Assembly (NCBI GenBank): GCA_963729605.1
Contig: CAVSNY010000006.1
Location: forward strand, 128,001-192,000
Source of the DNA: an uncultured Gammaproteobacteria bacterium
Lineage (GTDB): Bacteria > Pseudomonadota > Gammaproteobacteria > DRLM01
Length of the DNA stretch: 64,000 nt
Reading direction: 5' to 3'
The notes below the pieces were generated by a model. That model did no database searches. It was not told where the DNA came from and saw nothing but the letters and a program-made list of their open reading frames with translations. The position numbers were made by a program, and so were the translations under genes. This document shows, piece after piece, positions 39,986 to 52,635 of this stretch (position 1 is its first letter; each line of letters opens with the position of its first letter).

Positions 39986-41349
39986 CCCGCCTGCTGTTTC
40001 GGCGCCGCGGCACGGGCGGGATCCCACCAGGCGCGCCGCTCGGGCGATAAAGCCTCCGCCACCGTATAAAACGAGCCGAACACCACGATGCGCTCGCCGT
40101 CCGCGGCGGCCGCGCGGGCGCCCACCAAGGCGGCGGCGACCTCCGCGTATTCACTCACCGCCGCCGCGCCGGCCACCGCGCGCGCGACGGCGGCCAAGGC
40201 CGCGGCGGTGGCGCCGCGGGCCACACTCAATCCCGCCACATGCCAATGATCCACCGCACCGGCCATGGCCTCGATCACCGCGGTTTGATCCTTGTCCGCC
40301 AACATCGCCACTACCGCGTGGGTCCGCCCGGCGCGGGGCAGGGTCGCCAACTGCGCGGCCAGGCTGCGCGCCGCCTGCGGATTGTGGGCCACGTCGCAGA
40401 TGCGCAGGCCCTGGCCGTCGAGCACATGAAAGCGCCCCGGCACATCCGCCGTCATCAAGCCCAGCCGCAGGGACTGCTGCCCCACCGGCAGACGCGCCGC
40501 CAAGCATTCCAGCGCCATCACCACCGCCGCCGCATTTTTACGCTGATAGGCGCCGCGCAGGCGCGGATACGGCAAGGCGTAACGCGTGCGCGCGCTACCT
40601 TCCCAGCGCCAGCCCGCCGCGTCAGACTCGGCGTGATAATCGCGGCCGGCCAGATACAGCTCGGCGCCGATGGCGCGGGCGTGTTCGACCAGGCTGCGCG
40701 GCGGATCGGTATCGCCGTACACCGCCGGCCGGCCGCCGCGGAAAATCCCGGCCTTTTCCCGGCCGATGGCCTCGCGGTCATCGCCCAGCCAGGCGCTGTG
40801 GTCGATGTCCACCGTGGTCACCAGCGCCACGTCGGGGTCGAGGATATTCACTGCGTCCAAGCGGCCGCCCATGCCCACTTCCAATATCGCCACATCGAGT
40901 TGCGCGCGGTAAAAAATATCGAGGGCGGCCAAGGTGCCGAATTCGAAATAGGTGAGACTGGTGTCGCCGCGCGCCGCGTCGATACGCGCGAAACTCTCGC
41001 ACAAGGCGTCATCGCCGACCGGCCCGCCCGCCACCCGCACCCGTTCGTTGTAATGCAGGAGATGAGGCGAGGTATAGGCGCCGACCCGGTAACCGGCGGC
41101 GGCGAGTATCGCCTCCGCCATCGCCACGCAGGAACCCTTGCCGTTGGTGCCGCCGATAGTGATCACCGCGAACGGCGGCGGCTCCACGCGCAGGCGCCGC
41201 CACACCGCGGCCACCCGCTCCAGGCCCAGGTCGATGGGATTGGGATGCAGTGTCTCCTGCCAGCGCAGCCATTGCTCAAGGGTGGTAAAACGCCCGGTCG
41301 GATCTGGGGAACGAGGGGGCGCGTCGGCGACGAGTTGATCAACGGTCAT
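39982..41349 (-). CDS. folC: dihydrofolate/folylpolyglutamate synthase
   Basis: GTNGKGS, YTSPHL, LEVGMGGRLDAVN, DVAHNP, FGSFYTV. Confidence 0.97.
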   Translation of the reverse strand: MTVDQLVADAPPRSPDPTGRFTTLEQWLRWQETLHPNPIDLGLERVAAVWRRLRVEPPPFAVITIGGTNGKGSCVAMAEAILAAAGYRVGAYTSPHLLHYNERVRVAGGPVGDDALCESFARIDAARGDTSLTYFEFGTLAALDIFYRAQLDVAILEVGMGGRLDAVNILDPDVALVTTVDIDHSAWLGDDREAIGREKAGIFRGGRPAVYGDTDPPRSLVEHARAIGAELYLAGRDYHAESDAAGWRWEGSARTRYALPYPRLRGAYQRKNAAAVVMALECLAARLPVGQQSLRLGLMTADVPGRFHVLDGQGLRICDVAHNPQAARSLAAQLATLPRAGRTHAVVAMLADKDQTAVIEAMAGAVDHWHVAGLSVARGATAAALAAVARAVAGAAAVSEYAEVAAALVGARAAAADGERIVVFGSFYTVAEALSPERRAWWDPARAAAPKQQAG

Positions 41350-41393
41350 CGCGTTTTCCCCGCCGCTGCTCACCGGCGCGCCTCATGCCGCGT

Positions 41394-42254
41394 TCACGGT
41401 GGCGCTTGGTGGGTCAATAGCGACAACATGCTGGCGACCCGGTCGCGCATCTCGCGGCGATCGACGATCATGTCGATCGCGCCGTGCTTCAATAAAAATT
41501 CGCTGCGCTGAAAACCCTCGGGCAAGGTCTCGCGCACGGTTTGTTCGATCACCCGCGGCCCGGCGAAACCGATCAGGGCGTTGGGTTCGCCGATGTTGAT
41601 GTCACCCAGCATGGCCAGGCTGGCCGACACGCCGCCCATGGTGGGATCGGTGAGCACCGAAACGAAAGGCAGGCCTTTTTTGCTGAGTTTGGCGAGGGCG
41701 GCGCTGGTCTTAGCCATTTGCATCAGCGAGAACAAGGCCTCCTGCATGCGCGCGCCGCCGCTGGCGGAGAAACACACCATAGGCATGCGTTTTTCGAGAC
41801 AGAGATCGACGCCGCGCACGAAACGTTCGCCGACCACCGCACCCATCGAACCGCCCATGTAACCGAACTCGAAGGCCGCCGCGACGATCGGCATATTTTT
41901 GAGCTTGCCGTGCATTACGATCAAGGCGTCTTTTTCGCCGGTGGCCTTTTGCGCGGCGATGATGCGGTCGCGGTATTTTTTACTGTCGCGGAATTTCAGC
42001 ACGTCGTTGGGTTCGATATCGGCGCCGAGCTCCACCCGCGGCTCCGGATCGAGAAAGGTGTCGAGGCGGCGCCGCGCGCCGATGCGCATGTGGTGGCCGC
42101 ATTTGGGGCAGACGTCGAGACTGCGCTCCAACTCGGAACGGTACAGCACCGCGCTGCAGGCCTCGCACTTGGTCCACAAACCTTCCGGTATGGATTTTTT
42201 AGGCTTGCCTTCGGTGCGAATCTTGGAAGGCAGGAGTTTTTCAAACCAACTCAT
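41394..42254 (-). CDS. accD: acetyl-CoA carboxylase carboxyltransferase beta
   Basis: LWTKC zinc finger, [21 protein letters not shown]. Confidence 0.98.
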   Translation of the reverse strand: MSWFEKLLPSKIRTEGKPKKSIPEGLWTKCEACSAVLYRSELERSLDVCPKCGHHMRIGARRRLDTFLDPEPRVELGADIEPNDVLKFRDSKKYRDRIIAAQKATGEKDALIVMHGKLKNMPIVAAAFEFGYMGGSMGAVVGERFVRGVDLCLEKRMPMVCFSASGGARMQEALFSLMQMAKTSAALAKLSKKGLPFVSVLTDPTMGGVSASLAMLGDINIGEPNALIGFAGPRVIEQTVRETLPEGFQRSEFLLKHGAIDMIVDRREMRDRVASMLSLLTHQAPP

Positions 42255-42313
42255 AACTATCTATACCCCGAGTCGCAAGTAGCCCGCACTTGAGAACGAC
42301 TGATGAATTTACC

Positions 42314-42400
42314 TTGAACCGCCAAGGCGCCGAGGGCGCCAAAAGTTTTCTGTTTCGTCGCAGAGATTGTTTGGCGTCCTTGCGCGCCTTGGCGGCTAAA
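42314..42400. repeat. REP-like inverted repeat pair
   Basis: CCGCCAAGGCGCCGAGGGCGCCAAA ... TTTGGCGTCCTTGCGCGCCTTGGCGG between trpA and accD. Confidence 0.65.
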
Positions 42401-42444
42401 AAATTTTCCGACGTTTCCTGAGGCGGCACTCTCTTTAATGTCCG

Positions 42445-43269
42445 CTACCGGTCACCTGAAACTGGGTGATGGTCCATCGCCCGCCGCATCTCGGCGATCA
42501 CCGCCGCGGCTTGCGCCGGAATCTTATCAGGCGTGCCGGCCAAGGCGCCAATCTTGCTCACCAGCGCGCTGCCCACCACCACCGCGTCGGCGACCGCCGC
42601 CACCCGCGCCGCGGAATCGCCGTCGCGGATGCCGAAGCCCACTCCGATCGGCAGATCGGTGACGGCGCGGATCTCTTTCAGCTTCCGCGCCACCGCCTCG
42701 GTATCGAGGCTGGCGGCGCCGGTGACGCCCTTCAATGACACGTAATAAACGAAACCGCTGGCGGCGGCGCAAATCTTTTTCACCCGCGCCGGCGTGGAAT
42801 TGGGCGCCAGCAGGAAAATCGGATCGAGTCGATGTTCGCGCAAACACGCCATCAATTCACCGCCCTCTTCCGGCGGCAGATCGACGGTGAGCACGCCGTC
42901 CACCCCCGCCGCCGCCGCGGCGCGGGCGAAGGTTTCGTAGCCCATCACTTCGACGGGGTTGAGATAACCCATCAGCACCACCGGGGTGGTGTCATTGTCG
43001 GCGCGGAACTCGCGCACCATCTCCAGCACGTGGCGCAGGCCGGTGTGATGCAGCAGCGCCCGCTCGCAGGCCTGCTGGATCACCGGGCCGTCGGCCATGG
43101 GATCGGAAAACGGAATGCCCAGCTCGAGGATGTCGGCCCCCGCCTCCACCAGCGCGTGCATCAACGGCACGGTCACCGCGGGATGGGGGTCGCCGGCGGT
43201 GACGTAGGGGATGAGCGCCTTGCGGCCGGCCGCGCGCAGGCGGGTAAAACAAGCGGCGATCCGGCTCAT
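42445..43269 (-). CDS. trpA: tryptophan synthase alpha
   Basis: [32 protein letters not shown]. Confidence 0.98.
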   Translation of the reverse strand: MSRIAACFTRLRAAGRKALIPYVTAGDPHPAVTVPLMHALVEAGADILELGIPFSDPMADGPVIQQACERALLHHTGLRHVLEMVREFRADNDTTPVVLMGYLNPVEVMGYETFARAAAAAGVDGVLTVDLPPEEGGELMACLREHRLDPIFLLAPNSTPARVKKICAAASGFVYYVSLKGVTGAASLDTEAVARKLKEIRAVTDLPIGVGFGIRDGDSAARVAAVADAVVVGSALVSKIGALAGTPDKIPAQAAAVIAEMRRAMDHHPVSGDR

Positions 43270-44471
43270 AGGGTGATCCCCTCCCGCGCCGCCACGGTGT
43301 GGATGTCTTTGTCGCCGCGGCCGGAGAGATTGACCACGATGATTTGATCTTTGCCCATGGCCGGCGCCAGCTTGGCGGCCTGCGCCAGCGCGTGGCTGGA
43401 CTCCAGCGCGGGAATGATGCCTTCGATGCGGGTCAGCGCATGAAACGCGGCGAGGGCCTCGTCGTCGGTGATGGCGACGTACTGGGCGCGGCCGAGGTCT
43501 TTCAACCAGGCGTGCTCGGGGCCGACGCCGGGATAATCGAGGCCGGCGGAGATCGAATGGGTTTCGATGATCTGCCCGTCGGCGTCTTCCATCAGATAGG
43601 TGCGATTGCCGTGCAACACGCCGGGCCGGCCCGCCGTGAGCGGCGCGGCGTGACGGCCGCTGGCGATGCCGTCGCCGCCGCCTTCGACGCCGATCATGCG
43701 CACGCTTTCATCGTCGAGGAAGGGATAGAACAGGCCGATGGCGTTGGACCCGCCGCCGACGCAGGCGACCAAGGCATCCGGCAGCTTCCCTTCGATCGCT
43801 AAAATCTGCGCGCGCGCCTCGCGGCCGATGATGGATTGAAAATCGCGCACCATCACCGGATAGGGATGCGGCCCCGCCACCGTGCCGATGATGTAAAACG
43901 TGTGATCGACGTTGGTGACCCAATCGCGCATCGCTTCATTCATCGCGTCTTTGAGGGTCTTCGAACCCGAGGTCACCGGCACCACCTGCGCGCCGAGCAG
44001 CTTCATGCGAAACACGTTGGCGGCTTGCCGCTGCACGTCCTCTGCGCCCATGTACACCACGCACTCCAGCCCGAGACGCGCCGCCACCGTCGCGGTCGCC
44101 ACGCCGTGTTGGCCGGCGCCGGTCTCGGCGATGATGCGGGTCTTGCCCATGCGTTTGGCGAGCAGGGCCTGGCCGATGGTGTTGTTGATCTTGTGCGCGC
44201 CGGTGTGATTCAGATCTTCGCGCTTGAGATAAATCTTCGCGCCGCCGAGTTCACGGCTCCAGCGCTCGGCGAAATACAGCGGCGAGGGCCGGCCGACGTA
44301 ATGACTGAGGTCGGCGTCGAACTCGGCGAGAAAGGCCGGATCGTTACGGTATTTTTCGTAGGCCAGCCGCAGCTCTTCCAGCGGCTCCATCAAAGTCTCC
44401 GCCACGAAGCGTCCGCCGTAGACCCCGAAATGGCCGTTGGCGTCGGGCAGGCTGTCAATCAGTTTGGACAC
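43266..44471 (-). CDS. trpB: tryptophan synthase beta
   Basis: [35 protein letters not shown]. Confidence 0.98.
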   Translation of the reverse strand: MSKLIDSLPDANGHFGVYGGRFVAETLMEPLEELRLAYEKYRNDPAFLAEFDADLSHYVGRPSPLYFAERWSRELGGAKIYLKREDLNHTGAHKINNTIGQALLAKRMGKTRIIAETGAGQHGVATATVAARLGLECVVYMGAEDVQRQAANVFRMKLLGAQVVPVTSGSKTLKDAMNEAMRDWVTNVDHTFYIIGTVAGPHPYPVMVRDFQSIIGREARAQILAIEGKLPDALVACVGGGSNAIGLFYPFLDDESVRMIGVEGGGDGIASGRHAAPLTAGRPGVLHGNRTYLMEDADGQIIETHSISAGLDYPGVGPEHAWLKDLGRAQYVAITDDEALAAFHALTRIEGIIPALESSHALAQAAKLAPAMGKDQIIVVNLSGRGDKDIHTVAAREGITL

Positions 44472-45081
44472 TCTTCACACCTCGTATAAAAGCCTCGATC
44501 TTGGCGGCGTCTTTCAAACCGGGCGCCGCCTCCACCCCGCCGCTGACGTCCACCGCCCAGGGCCGCACCTGCGCCACCGCGGCGGCGACGTTGTCGGGCG
44601 TCAGGCCGCCGGCGAGTATCACGGGGCGGGCTAAATCATGCGGCAGGCGCGACCAGTCGAAGGCCAGTCCCGTGCCGCCCGCCACCCCTTCCACATAGGT
44701 ATCCACCAACAGCCCCGCCGCGTCGCTATAAGTGCGGGCCGCGGCCGCCACATCCACGCCTTCGCGCATGCGCAAGGCCTTGAGATAAGGCCGGCCGTAA
44801 ATCCGGCATTGCTCGGGAGACTCGTCGCCGTGAAATTGCAGCAGGTCCAGCGGCACGGTCTGCAACACGTGGCGGACATCCTCCGCCGCGGCGTCCACGA
44901 ACAGGCCGACGGTGGTGACGAAGGGCGGCAACGCCCGCACTATCGTCCGCGCTTGGGCGGCACTCACCGCCCGCGGACTCCGGGCGTAAAACACCAGACC
45001 GATGGCGTCGGCCCCCGCGCGCGCCGCGGCCAAGCCGTCTTCCACCCGGGTGATACCGCAGATTTTCACACGCGTACGCAT
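44455..45081 (-). CDS. trpF: phosphoribosylanthranilate isomerase
   Basis: VKICGIT, QFHGDE, LAGGL, DVSGGVE. Confidence 0.97.
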   Translation of the reverse strand: MRTRVKICGITRVEDGLAAARAGADAIGLVFYARSPRAVSAAQARTIVRALPPFVTTVGLFVDAAAEDVRHVLQTVPLDLLQFHGDESPEQCRIYGRPYLKALRMREGVDVAAAARTYSDAAGLLVDTYVEGVAGGTGLAFDWSRLPHDLARPVILAGGLTPDNVAAAVAQVRPWAVDVSGGVEAAPGLKDAAKIEAFIRGVKSVQTD

Positions 45082-45114
45082 ACACTCAGTGACATCGGGC
45101 GAAAGGGCCACAGG

Positions 45115-45897
45115 TTACCAGACCACCCCGGACGGGGAAAGCGGCGGCAGGCCGAAGCGCGCGGGATAAGTCACCCCGGCGAGATATAAACCATGGGGCG
45201 GCGCGGTGATCCCGCCCAGGGTGCGGTCGCGGGTCTCCAACACCTCGCGCGCCCATACCGGCGGATGTTTACCGGCGCCGATATCCAGCAATACCCCGGC
45301 GATATTGCGCACCATGTGATGCAGAAAGGCATTGGCCTCCAGGTCGAGAAACACCAAGTCGCGGTCGCGGCTGACCGCGAGTTCGTAGAGGGTGCGCACC
45401 GGACTCTTGGCCTGGCAGGCCAAGGTGCGGTAAGCGGAGAAATCCTGCTCGCCGAGCAGATGGCCGGCCGCCTGCCGCATCAAGGACTCATCGAGCGGCC
45501 GGTATTCCCAGGCCACCCGCCAGGCGAGAAAGGTGGGACGCACCTCGCGATTGAGTATCACGTAGCGATAACGGCGCCGCACCGCGGAAAAGCGCGCGTG
45601 GAAGTCGTCATCGACCACCCGCGCCCACTGCACGCTGACGCTCTTGGGCAGATTGGCGTTGGCACCGTACACCCAAGACCGCATAGCCCGCTCGGCCCCG
45701 GTATCGAAATGCACCACCTGCGCGGTGGCATGCACGCCCGCGTCGGTGCGCCCGGCGCAGATCACCCGCACCGGATAATCCGCCACCTTCGACAAGGCCT
45801 GCTCCACGCAACCCTGCACCGTGCGCACCTCGCCGTCCTGCAACTGCCAGCCGGCGAAGTCGCTGCCGTCGTATTCGATACCCAGGGCGATGCGCAT
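45115..45897 (-). CDS. truA: tRNA pseudouridine(38-40) synthase
   Basis: YDGS, AGRTDAGVHA, FHARFSA, FLHHMVRNI. Confidence 0.97.
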   Translation of the reverse strand: MRIALGIEYDGSDFAGWQLQDGEVRTVQGCVEQALSKVADYPVRVICAGRTDAGVHATAQVVHFDTGAERAMRSWVYGANANLPKSVSVQWARVVDDDFHARFSAVRRRYRYVILNREVRPTFLAWRVAWEYRPLDESLMRQAAGHLLGEQDFSAYRTLACQAKSPVRTLYELAVSRDRDLVFLDLEANAFLHHMVRNIAGVLLDIGAGKHPPVWAREVLETRDRTLGGITAPPHGLYLAGVTYPARFGLPPLSPSGVVW

Positions 45898-46245
45898 AAT
45901 CCAATGTCGGTCCGAGAAAGGTCGATTATTTTACTTCAGAATGGACCGGGCAGGACGGATACATTCGCTATTCGAACTTTCCCACATTGCAAATACCGGG
46001 ATGGTTATAGAAAAAGTCGCATCGAAGAGAAAAACATTATTTCAACCGGCCGGACACTTCTACACAAAACCTTGCGCTCGGTCTCGCCTATGTTGATGAC
46101 GCTGACCAATAATAATTTAGCTTGCTGCGGGAAAAGATCGGTCCAAACAGGCATAAGCCGGCACGGCGCCCTCACCCGAAAGACAACGCACCCCATCTCG
46201 GGATATCACCGAGAAAAAAGTTTTGAGCGATTGATTCGGTGCGTC

Positions 46246-47187
46246 TTACGCCGGCGCGTCGGCGCGGGCTATTAGGGCGCGGCGTTCGGTTTTGATCAAC
46301 CAGTCGCGGATGCGGTTGGCGTCGCCGTATTTGCTGAGTTTGCCCCAGGAATTGAGCAGCACCACGATCACCGGCCGATCGCCGATCACGGCTTGCATCA
46401 CCAGGCAATTGCCCGCCTCGCTGATGTAGCCGGTCTTGCTCAGATTGATGTCCCAGGCCGAGGAACGCACCAGCCGGTTGGTATTGATGAATTCGATGGC
46501 GCGACCGCGCTGGCGATGATCGGTGACGGTGAACGTGCCGGCGGTCGAGAAATCTTGTATCTGACGGTATTTGGCGGCGGCCACGGCCATGATCGCCAGA
46601 TCCTGCGCGGTGGAGACGCTGCCGCTGTCGAGGCCGGTGGGGTCGGCGTAATGGGTGTGTTTCATACCGAGCTGGCGGGCCTTGGCGTTCATGGCGCGCA
46701 GCATGGCAGCGCGCCCGCCGGGATAACTGCGCGCCAGGGCGGAGGCGGCGCGATTGTCGGACGCGGCCAGCGCGGCCAGCAACAAATCGTGGCGGGTCAG
46801 CACCGTGCCGATCGGCAGGCGCGAGCTCGAGCCGCGCAGGCTGTCGCGATCCTCGGCGACGATGGCGATTTCCTCGTCCATGGGCAATTGGGCATCCAGC
46901 GTCACCATGGCGGTCATCAGTTTGGTGACCGAGGCGATGGGACGCTGCTGATCGATGTTAACTCCGTACAACATCACGCCTTCGCGCTGATCCAAGACCA
47001 GCGCCGAGGACGACCGTAGATCGATCGCGCGGGCGGCACCGTAACGCGCCAGGTCCGACGCGCTGATCTGTTCGACCAAGGCTTGCGCGCCGGCGCCCTC
47101 CGCATGCGACACGCCTAGTGACGCCGCGACCAAGCACAGTCCCGCCAACCCCGCCTTAATCCCGCCGAAGAAACCCGTCCGCCGCAT
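46246..47187 (-). CDS. pbpG: D-alanyl-D-alanine endopeptidase (PBP7-like)
   Basis: ASVTKLM (SxxK), SDN (SxN), KTGYI, NTNRLV. Confidence 0.88.
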   Translation of the reverse strand: MRRTGFFGGIKAGLAGLCLVAASLGVSHAEGAGAQALVEQISASDLARYGAARAIDLRSSSALVLDQREGVMLYGVNIDQQRPIASVTKLMTAMVTLDAQLPMDEEIAIVAEDRDSLRGSSSRLPIGTVLTRHDLLLAALAASDNRAASALARSYPGGRAAMLRAMNAKARQLGMKHTHYADPTGLDSGSVSTAQDLAIMAVAAAKYRQIQDFSTAGTFTVTDHRQRGRAIEFINTNRLVRSSAWDINLSKTGYISEAGNCLVMQAVIGDRPVIVVLLNSWGKLSKYGDANRIRDWLIKTERRALIARADAPA

Positions 47188-47302
47188 ACGTCCCACTCCC
47201 GAAATAATCCTGCCGATCATAACCAATTACACCGGCGAACATAAGATACGCGCCCGCGGTTTTATATCGGCCGGCGGCGCCCTCAGGCTAAATCGGCCGC
47301 AC

Positions 47303-48130
47303 TTATTGAAACAGGCGGTCAAGGTAATCCGCGAAATGCCCGCGCCGTTCCGGACTGGTCAGCGCCTGGATATGCCCGCTCTCGGCGATCCGCCACAACA
47401 TCCTGGGCTCGCCCGCCGCCGCGTACAGGCGTTCCGCGTGGTGCGCCGGCACCACCGGGTCGCGGTCGCCGTGGATGATCAACAAGGGCATGGGGCTGAT
47501 AGCGTTTATAGCGCGAAGCGGGCTGTACCGATTGTCGATGGCCAGCGACAGCGGCCATTGCAAGGGCCAGGTCAGCCAGAACTCCGCCAACTTTTCCCGG
47601 ACGATGACCCGGTAATCGCTAAAGGCGCCCTCGATGATCAGGGCCTTGATGCGGTCGCGATGGGCGGAATGCGCCACCGCGTACACCGCCAAGGCCCCGC
47701 CCAGACTCTGTCCGAATACCGCCATGCCCTGTTGCTCCACCTCGGGACGGGCGGCCAGCCAGGCGATGGCGGCCTCGGCATCCAGCAGCGCCCCATCCAG
47801 CGACGGCGCACCCGCCGACCAGCCGTAACCGCGGTAATCGAGGAGCAGCACATTGTATTGCCGTTCCGGCAACCAGTAGACGCTGGCGATGTGCGTGCTG
47901 ATGTTTTGCGCGTTGCCGTGCAGGAACAACACCGTGCCCCGCGCCTCGCCCCGCGCCGGCAGATACCAGGCATGCAGGCGCACGCCGTCCGGCGTCTCGA
48001 TATACACATCCCGATAATCGAGGCCGACACGGTCCGGCGTCATCACCAGCGCACGCTGAGGATGAAAAAACATAGCGGCGCAACCGGGCAGCAGGGCACA
48101 CGCCAGCAATATAAAAAGAAAGCGGCGCAT
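47303..48130 (-). CDS. alpha/beta hydrolase, probable lipoprotein
   Basis: Lipobox LPGC, HGNAQN, DYRGYG, GQSLGG, HGDRD, GH. Confidence 0.9.
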   Translation of the reverse strand: MRRFLFILLACALLPGCAAMFFHPQRALVMTPDRVGLDYRDVYIETPDGVRLHAWYLPARGEARGTVLFLHGNAQNISTHIASVYWLPERQYNVLLLDYRGYGWSAGAPSLDGALLDAEAAIAWLAARPEVEQQGMAVFGQSLGGALAVYAVAHSAHRDRIKALIIEGAFSDYRVIVREKLAEFWLTWPLQWPLSLAIDNRYSPLRAINAISPMPLLIIHGDRDPVVPAHHAERLYAAAGEPRMLWRIAESGHIQALTSPERRGHFADYLDRLFQ

Positions 48131-50037
48131 CAAAAATACCAGTGCCAGGCCAGGCTGGCGCTCGTGAATTCAATCTTCCGTTCGCGGCCCTCGCTCAGCG
48201 CAAGGCGCAGGGCATGCCGGCGATTCAGGCTGACGCTCTGTTCCAAACCGATTTCACGTTCGCGGTGCCGGTCGCCGAGCTGATAATCCTGCCAGCGCGC
48301 GTAGAGATTCAACTTCCAAGCCGGATAGAAATGAAAAAATAGGCCGGCGCTGGGACCGATGCCCAAGGCGTAATTCCTTTCCAATTCGCCGCTCACGTCG
48401 AGCGTGCCTTCCACGAAACCGTACACCACCGCCCGATTCCAGTTCCCCAGCGCCAATCCCGCCCCGCCGTTGGTGCGATAAACGGCGACCCGTTCATGTT
48501 CGTTCAGGCGGGTCCGCGCCAGACCGGTGTTGATCTTCCACGACACCGGTTTGAAAAATCCGTCGCGCGGCGCCAGGGAGTAGATGTCCACCAGCGTCAA
48601 CTTTTCCAGGCTCAGATGGCCGCGGCCCGGCTCATGGCGCACGGCGACGTCCATGAAATTGATCTGCGCGCCCTCGGTATAACCGCCGGCGGGATCGAGC
48701 AGGTCGTTATACGCGGGACGGAAGGCCAGGCCCTGGAAATCGCGGCCATGGTCGCGGCCCACGCTCACCGCCAAGCGCCGGGTCGGGTGCCCCTGATCGG
48801 GACGCACCGCCGGCACGGCCGGCGCGACGGCCTCTTCGCCCGCCGGCAGGCGGCTGCGCGCCAGCAGCAAGTGCCGCGACAGCCGCGCGGCCTCGGCGTG
48901 TTCCCGCCGTCCCTCGCCGTCTTGGTAACGCAGCACGGCATAGGCCGCCTCCAGCAGCGGCGCCCGCCGCTCCGCCGAAAAATCTTGCAACACGGCGTCC
49001 GGCGACTCGTCTTCCAGCAAACGGTCGACCGCATGCCGCTCGGCGACGGTGAGCCGCGCCAGCCGATCGCGCAATCGTGTGTTATTGGCCGGGCGATACA
49101 CCACTTCCGCCAACATGCCTGCTTGCTCCGCCAGCGACCGCACGGTATCCACCGGTATCACCCAGCCCCGAAAGCGGCCGGTCAATTCCAGGCTGGGCCG
49201 CGCCACCTCGAATAAAGAAAGCAGGTGATAGGCGCAGTTCTCGTCGAAGAAGTAATAATCAAAACGCGTCGGGCCCAGTTCCCAGGCGTGCATCAACAGC
49301 CGGTCGATTTCCTGTTGGGTGAAGTTGAGCCGGTATTCCCAGATGTCGCGATTTTCCATATCGCTGTATTCCTTTACCTTGACGTAATACGGCGACAGGG
49401 AAAAGGTGCCGGGATAGGCGCCGATCAGGCTTTTCAGGATGAACAGGCCCCCGTTATCGCCGCCGGGACTCACCGCGTAGTTGATGGCATAACCCAGCAG
49501 GCGGGTGCGTTCGTCCTGATCGGCGGCATCGACCCGCAGCAAGGTGTGGCCGAACATCGACGACGGGTTGTTGATGTAGGCGGACGGAAACACCAAGGTC
49601 AAGGCGCTGGCGTTGAGGGCGGCGCGCCATTCGCGGAAACGTTGACAGGGTTGCGGCGGCAGGCGCGCCGCGTCGAAACGCAGGACTTCGTCCAGCCACT
49701 GATAACGGGCGATGAATCGGCATTGCGGGTGTTGCTCGGTATCGGTCTCGATGATCGGCGGCGCGAAAAAGGCCGCTAAAGTCGCGTCCAGTTCGGCATG
49801 GGGATCGGTCTTGCCGCCGGCCGCCAGGTAAAACCGCGGATCGTCGGCCTGGCCGGTGACGCCGGGAAAAAGCAGATTGTCCCGGTAATGCAGCAAGGCA
49901 CGCCACTGCCGGCTGTCGGCCAGGTTTTCGGCGCGGGCCTGCGCGATGAGTTCCCGCGCGTAGTCGTCGTCGGCCGCCGCCGGCGCGGTCCAACCGAGGA
50001 CGTTCAATAGCAGTAATAAGCCGACGAAGCGCGACAT
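48130..50037 (-). CDS. DUF4105 domain protein with probable C-terminal beta-barrel
   Basis: SSMFGHTLLR, ENRDIWEY, YYFFDENC; amphipathic strands and terminal WHWYF. Confidence 0.85.
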   Translation of the reverse strand: MSRFVGLLLLLNVLGWTAPAAADDDYARELIAQARAENLADSRQWRALLHYRDNLLFPGVTGQADDPRFYLAAGGKTDPHAELDATLAAFFAPPIIETDTEQHPQCRFIARYQWLDEVLRFDAARLPPQPCQRFREWRAALNASALTLVFPSAYINNPSSMFGHTLLRVDAADQDERTRLLGYAINYAVSPGGDNGGLFILKSLIGAYPGTFSLSPYYVKVKEYSDMENRDIWEYRLNFTQQEIDRLLMHAWELGPTRFDYYFFDENCAYHLLSLFEVARPSLELTGRFRGWVIPVDTVRSLAEQAGMLAEVVYRPANNTRLRDRLARLTVAERHAVDRLLEDESPDAVLQDFSAERRAPLLEAAYAVLRYQDGEGRREHAEAARLSRHLLLARSRLPAGEEAVAPAVPAVRPDQGHPTRRLAVSVGRDHGRDFQGLAFRPAYNDLLDPAGGYTEGAQINFMDVAVRHEPGRGHLSLEKLTLVDIYSLAPRDGFFKPVSWKINTGLARTRLNEHERVAVYRTNGGAGLALGNWNRAVVYGFVEGTLDVSGELERNYALGIGPSAGLFFHFYPAWKLNLYARWQDYQLGDRHREREIGLEQSVSLNRRHALRLALSEGRERKIEFTSASLAWHWYF

Positions 50038-50050
50038 GCGAATTACACAC

Positions 50051-50090
50051 AAAGAAAAAGACACCCAGCGGATCAGGCCGGGTGTCTTTT
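50051..50090 (-). terminator. intrinsic terminator between DUF3015 and DUF4105 genes
   Basis: AAAAGACACCC...GGGTGTCTTTT hairpin with a T-tract on the minus strand. Confidence 0.6.
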
Positions 50091-50108
50091 GAATCAACGA
50101 TAAATCAA

Positions 50109-50600
50109 TTAAACGAGACGGGCGTATTGAGCCAATTCGCCGTTTTGCGCGAGCACCCGGTTCAAACCGGCGATCACGTCCTGGGTATTGGCCTGTTCGG
50201 AGGAAATGATCTCGGCAAAGTTGGACTTGGTCGCCGCGAAGAAGGCGGCCTTGTGGGCGCTGTCCACGCCGATCAGATTGGCCAGCGACTCCAAGGTTTC
50301 GCCCTGTCCCACCGCCATGTCATAGGCGAGTTTGTCGAGATTGGTATCGAGGAACATGCTGACCTTCACCGGATTGGCGACCACACCGTCTTTGGCGCAG
50401 CCCAAGGTGCCGGAGGTGATGCCGAAGGTCTGATTGCCCAGGGTGCCGTTGGTGGTGACCGCCAGCACTTGCGGGGCGACGCCGGTTTGGCCTTCAAAAA
50501 TAATGGTGCCGACGCCGCAACCGACGTTGTTGGGCGCCGCCATGGCGGTACCGAGCGGGAATAGAGTGACTAATGCGGCAATGATGAGTTTGTTTTTCAT
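50109..50600 (-). CDS. DUF3015 family exported protein
   Basis: Signal peptide, GCGVG, TTNGTLGNQTFGITSGTLGC, DMAVGQGETL. Confidence 0.88.
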   Translation of the reverse strand: MKNKLIIAALVTLFPLGTAMAAPNNVGCGVGTIIFEGQTGVAPQVLAVTTNGTLGNQTFGITSGTLGCAKDGVVANPVKVSMFLDTNLDKLAYDMAVGQGETLESLANLIGVDSAHKAAFFAATKSNFAEIISSEQANTQDVIAGLNRVLAQNGELAQYARLV

Positions 50601-50858
50601 GATGTCCTTCTCTCGTGTTGAATGAACCAAAATGACGGGTACATAGTGATGTCCTGCCACCGTGTTAATAAAGGCGCGCGTAGGGTTTGTCAAGCGCGGC
50701 CGTGATTGGCCGCCGCTCCGGGCGAGATCCGCCGGCGCTTGCCGGCATCGAGCGCGGCGCGGCCGCCGTCGCGGACGAATTCAAAGGAGGCCGCGCCGCG
50801 CCTTTTTAAAAACCCCAAGGCGGGGAGCCCCGCGGCGACTGCGGGGTATCGACAAGGA

Positions 50859-52574
<1,716 letters not shown>

Positions 52575-52635
52575 TCAATGCGCCGCCGAGAAAAGCAACC
52601 GTACCGAGGCGCTACGCTTGTCTGGCGCGCCCCAC

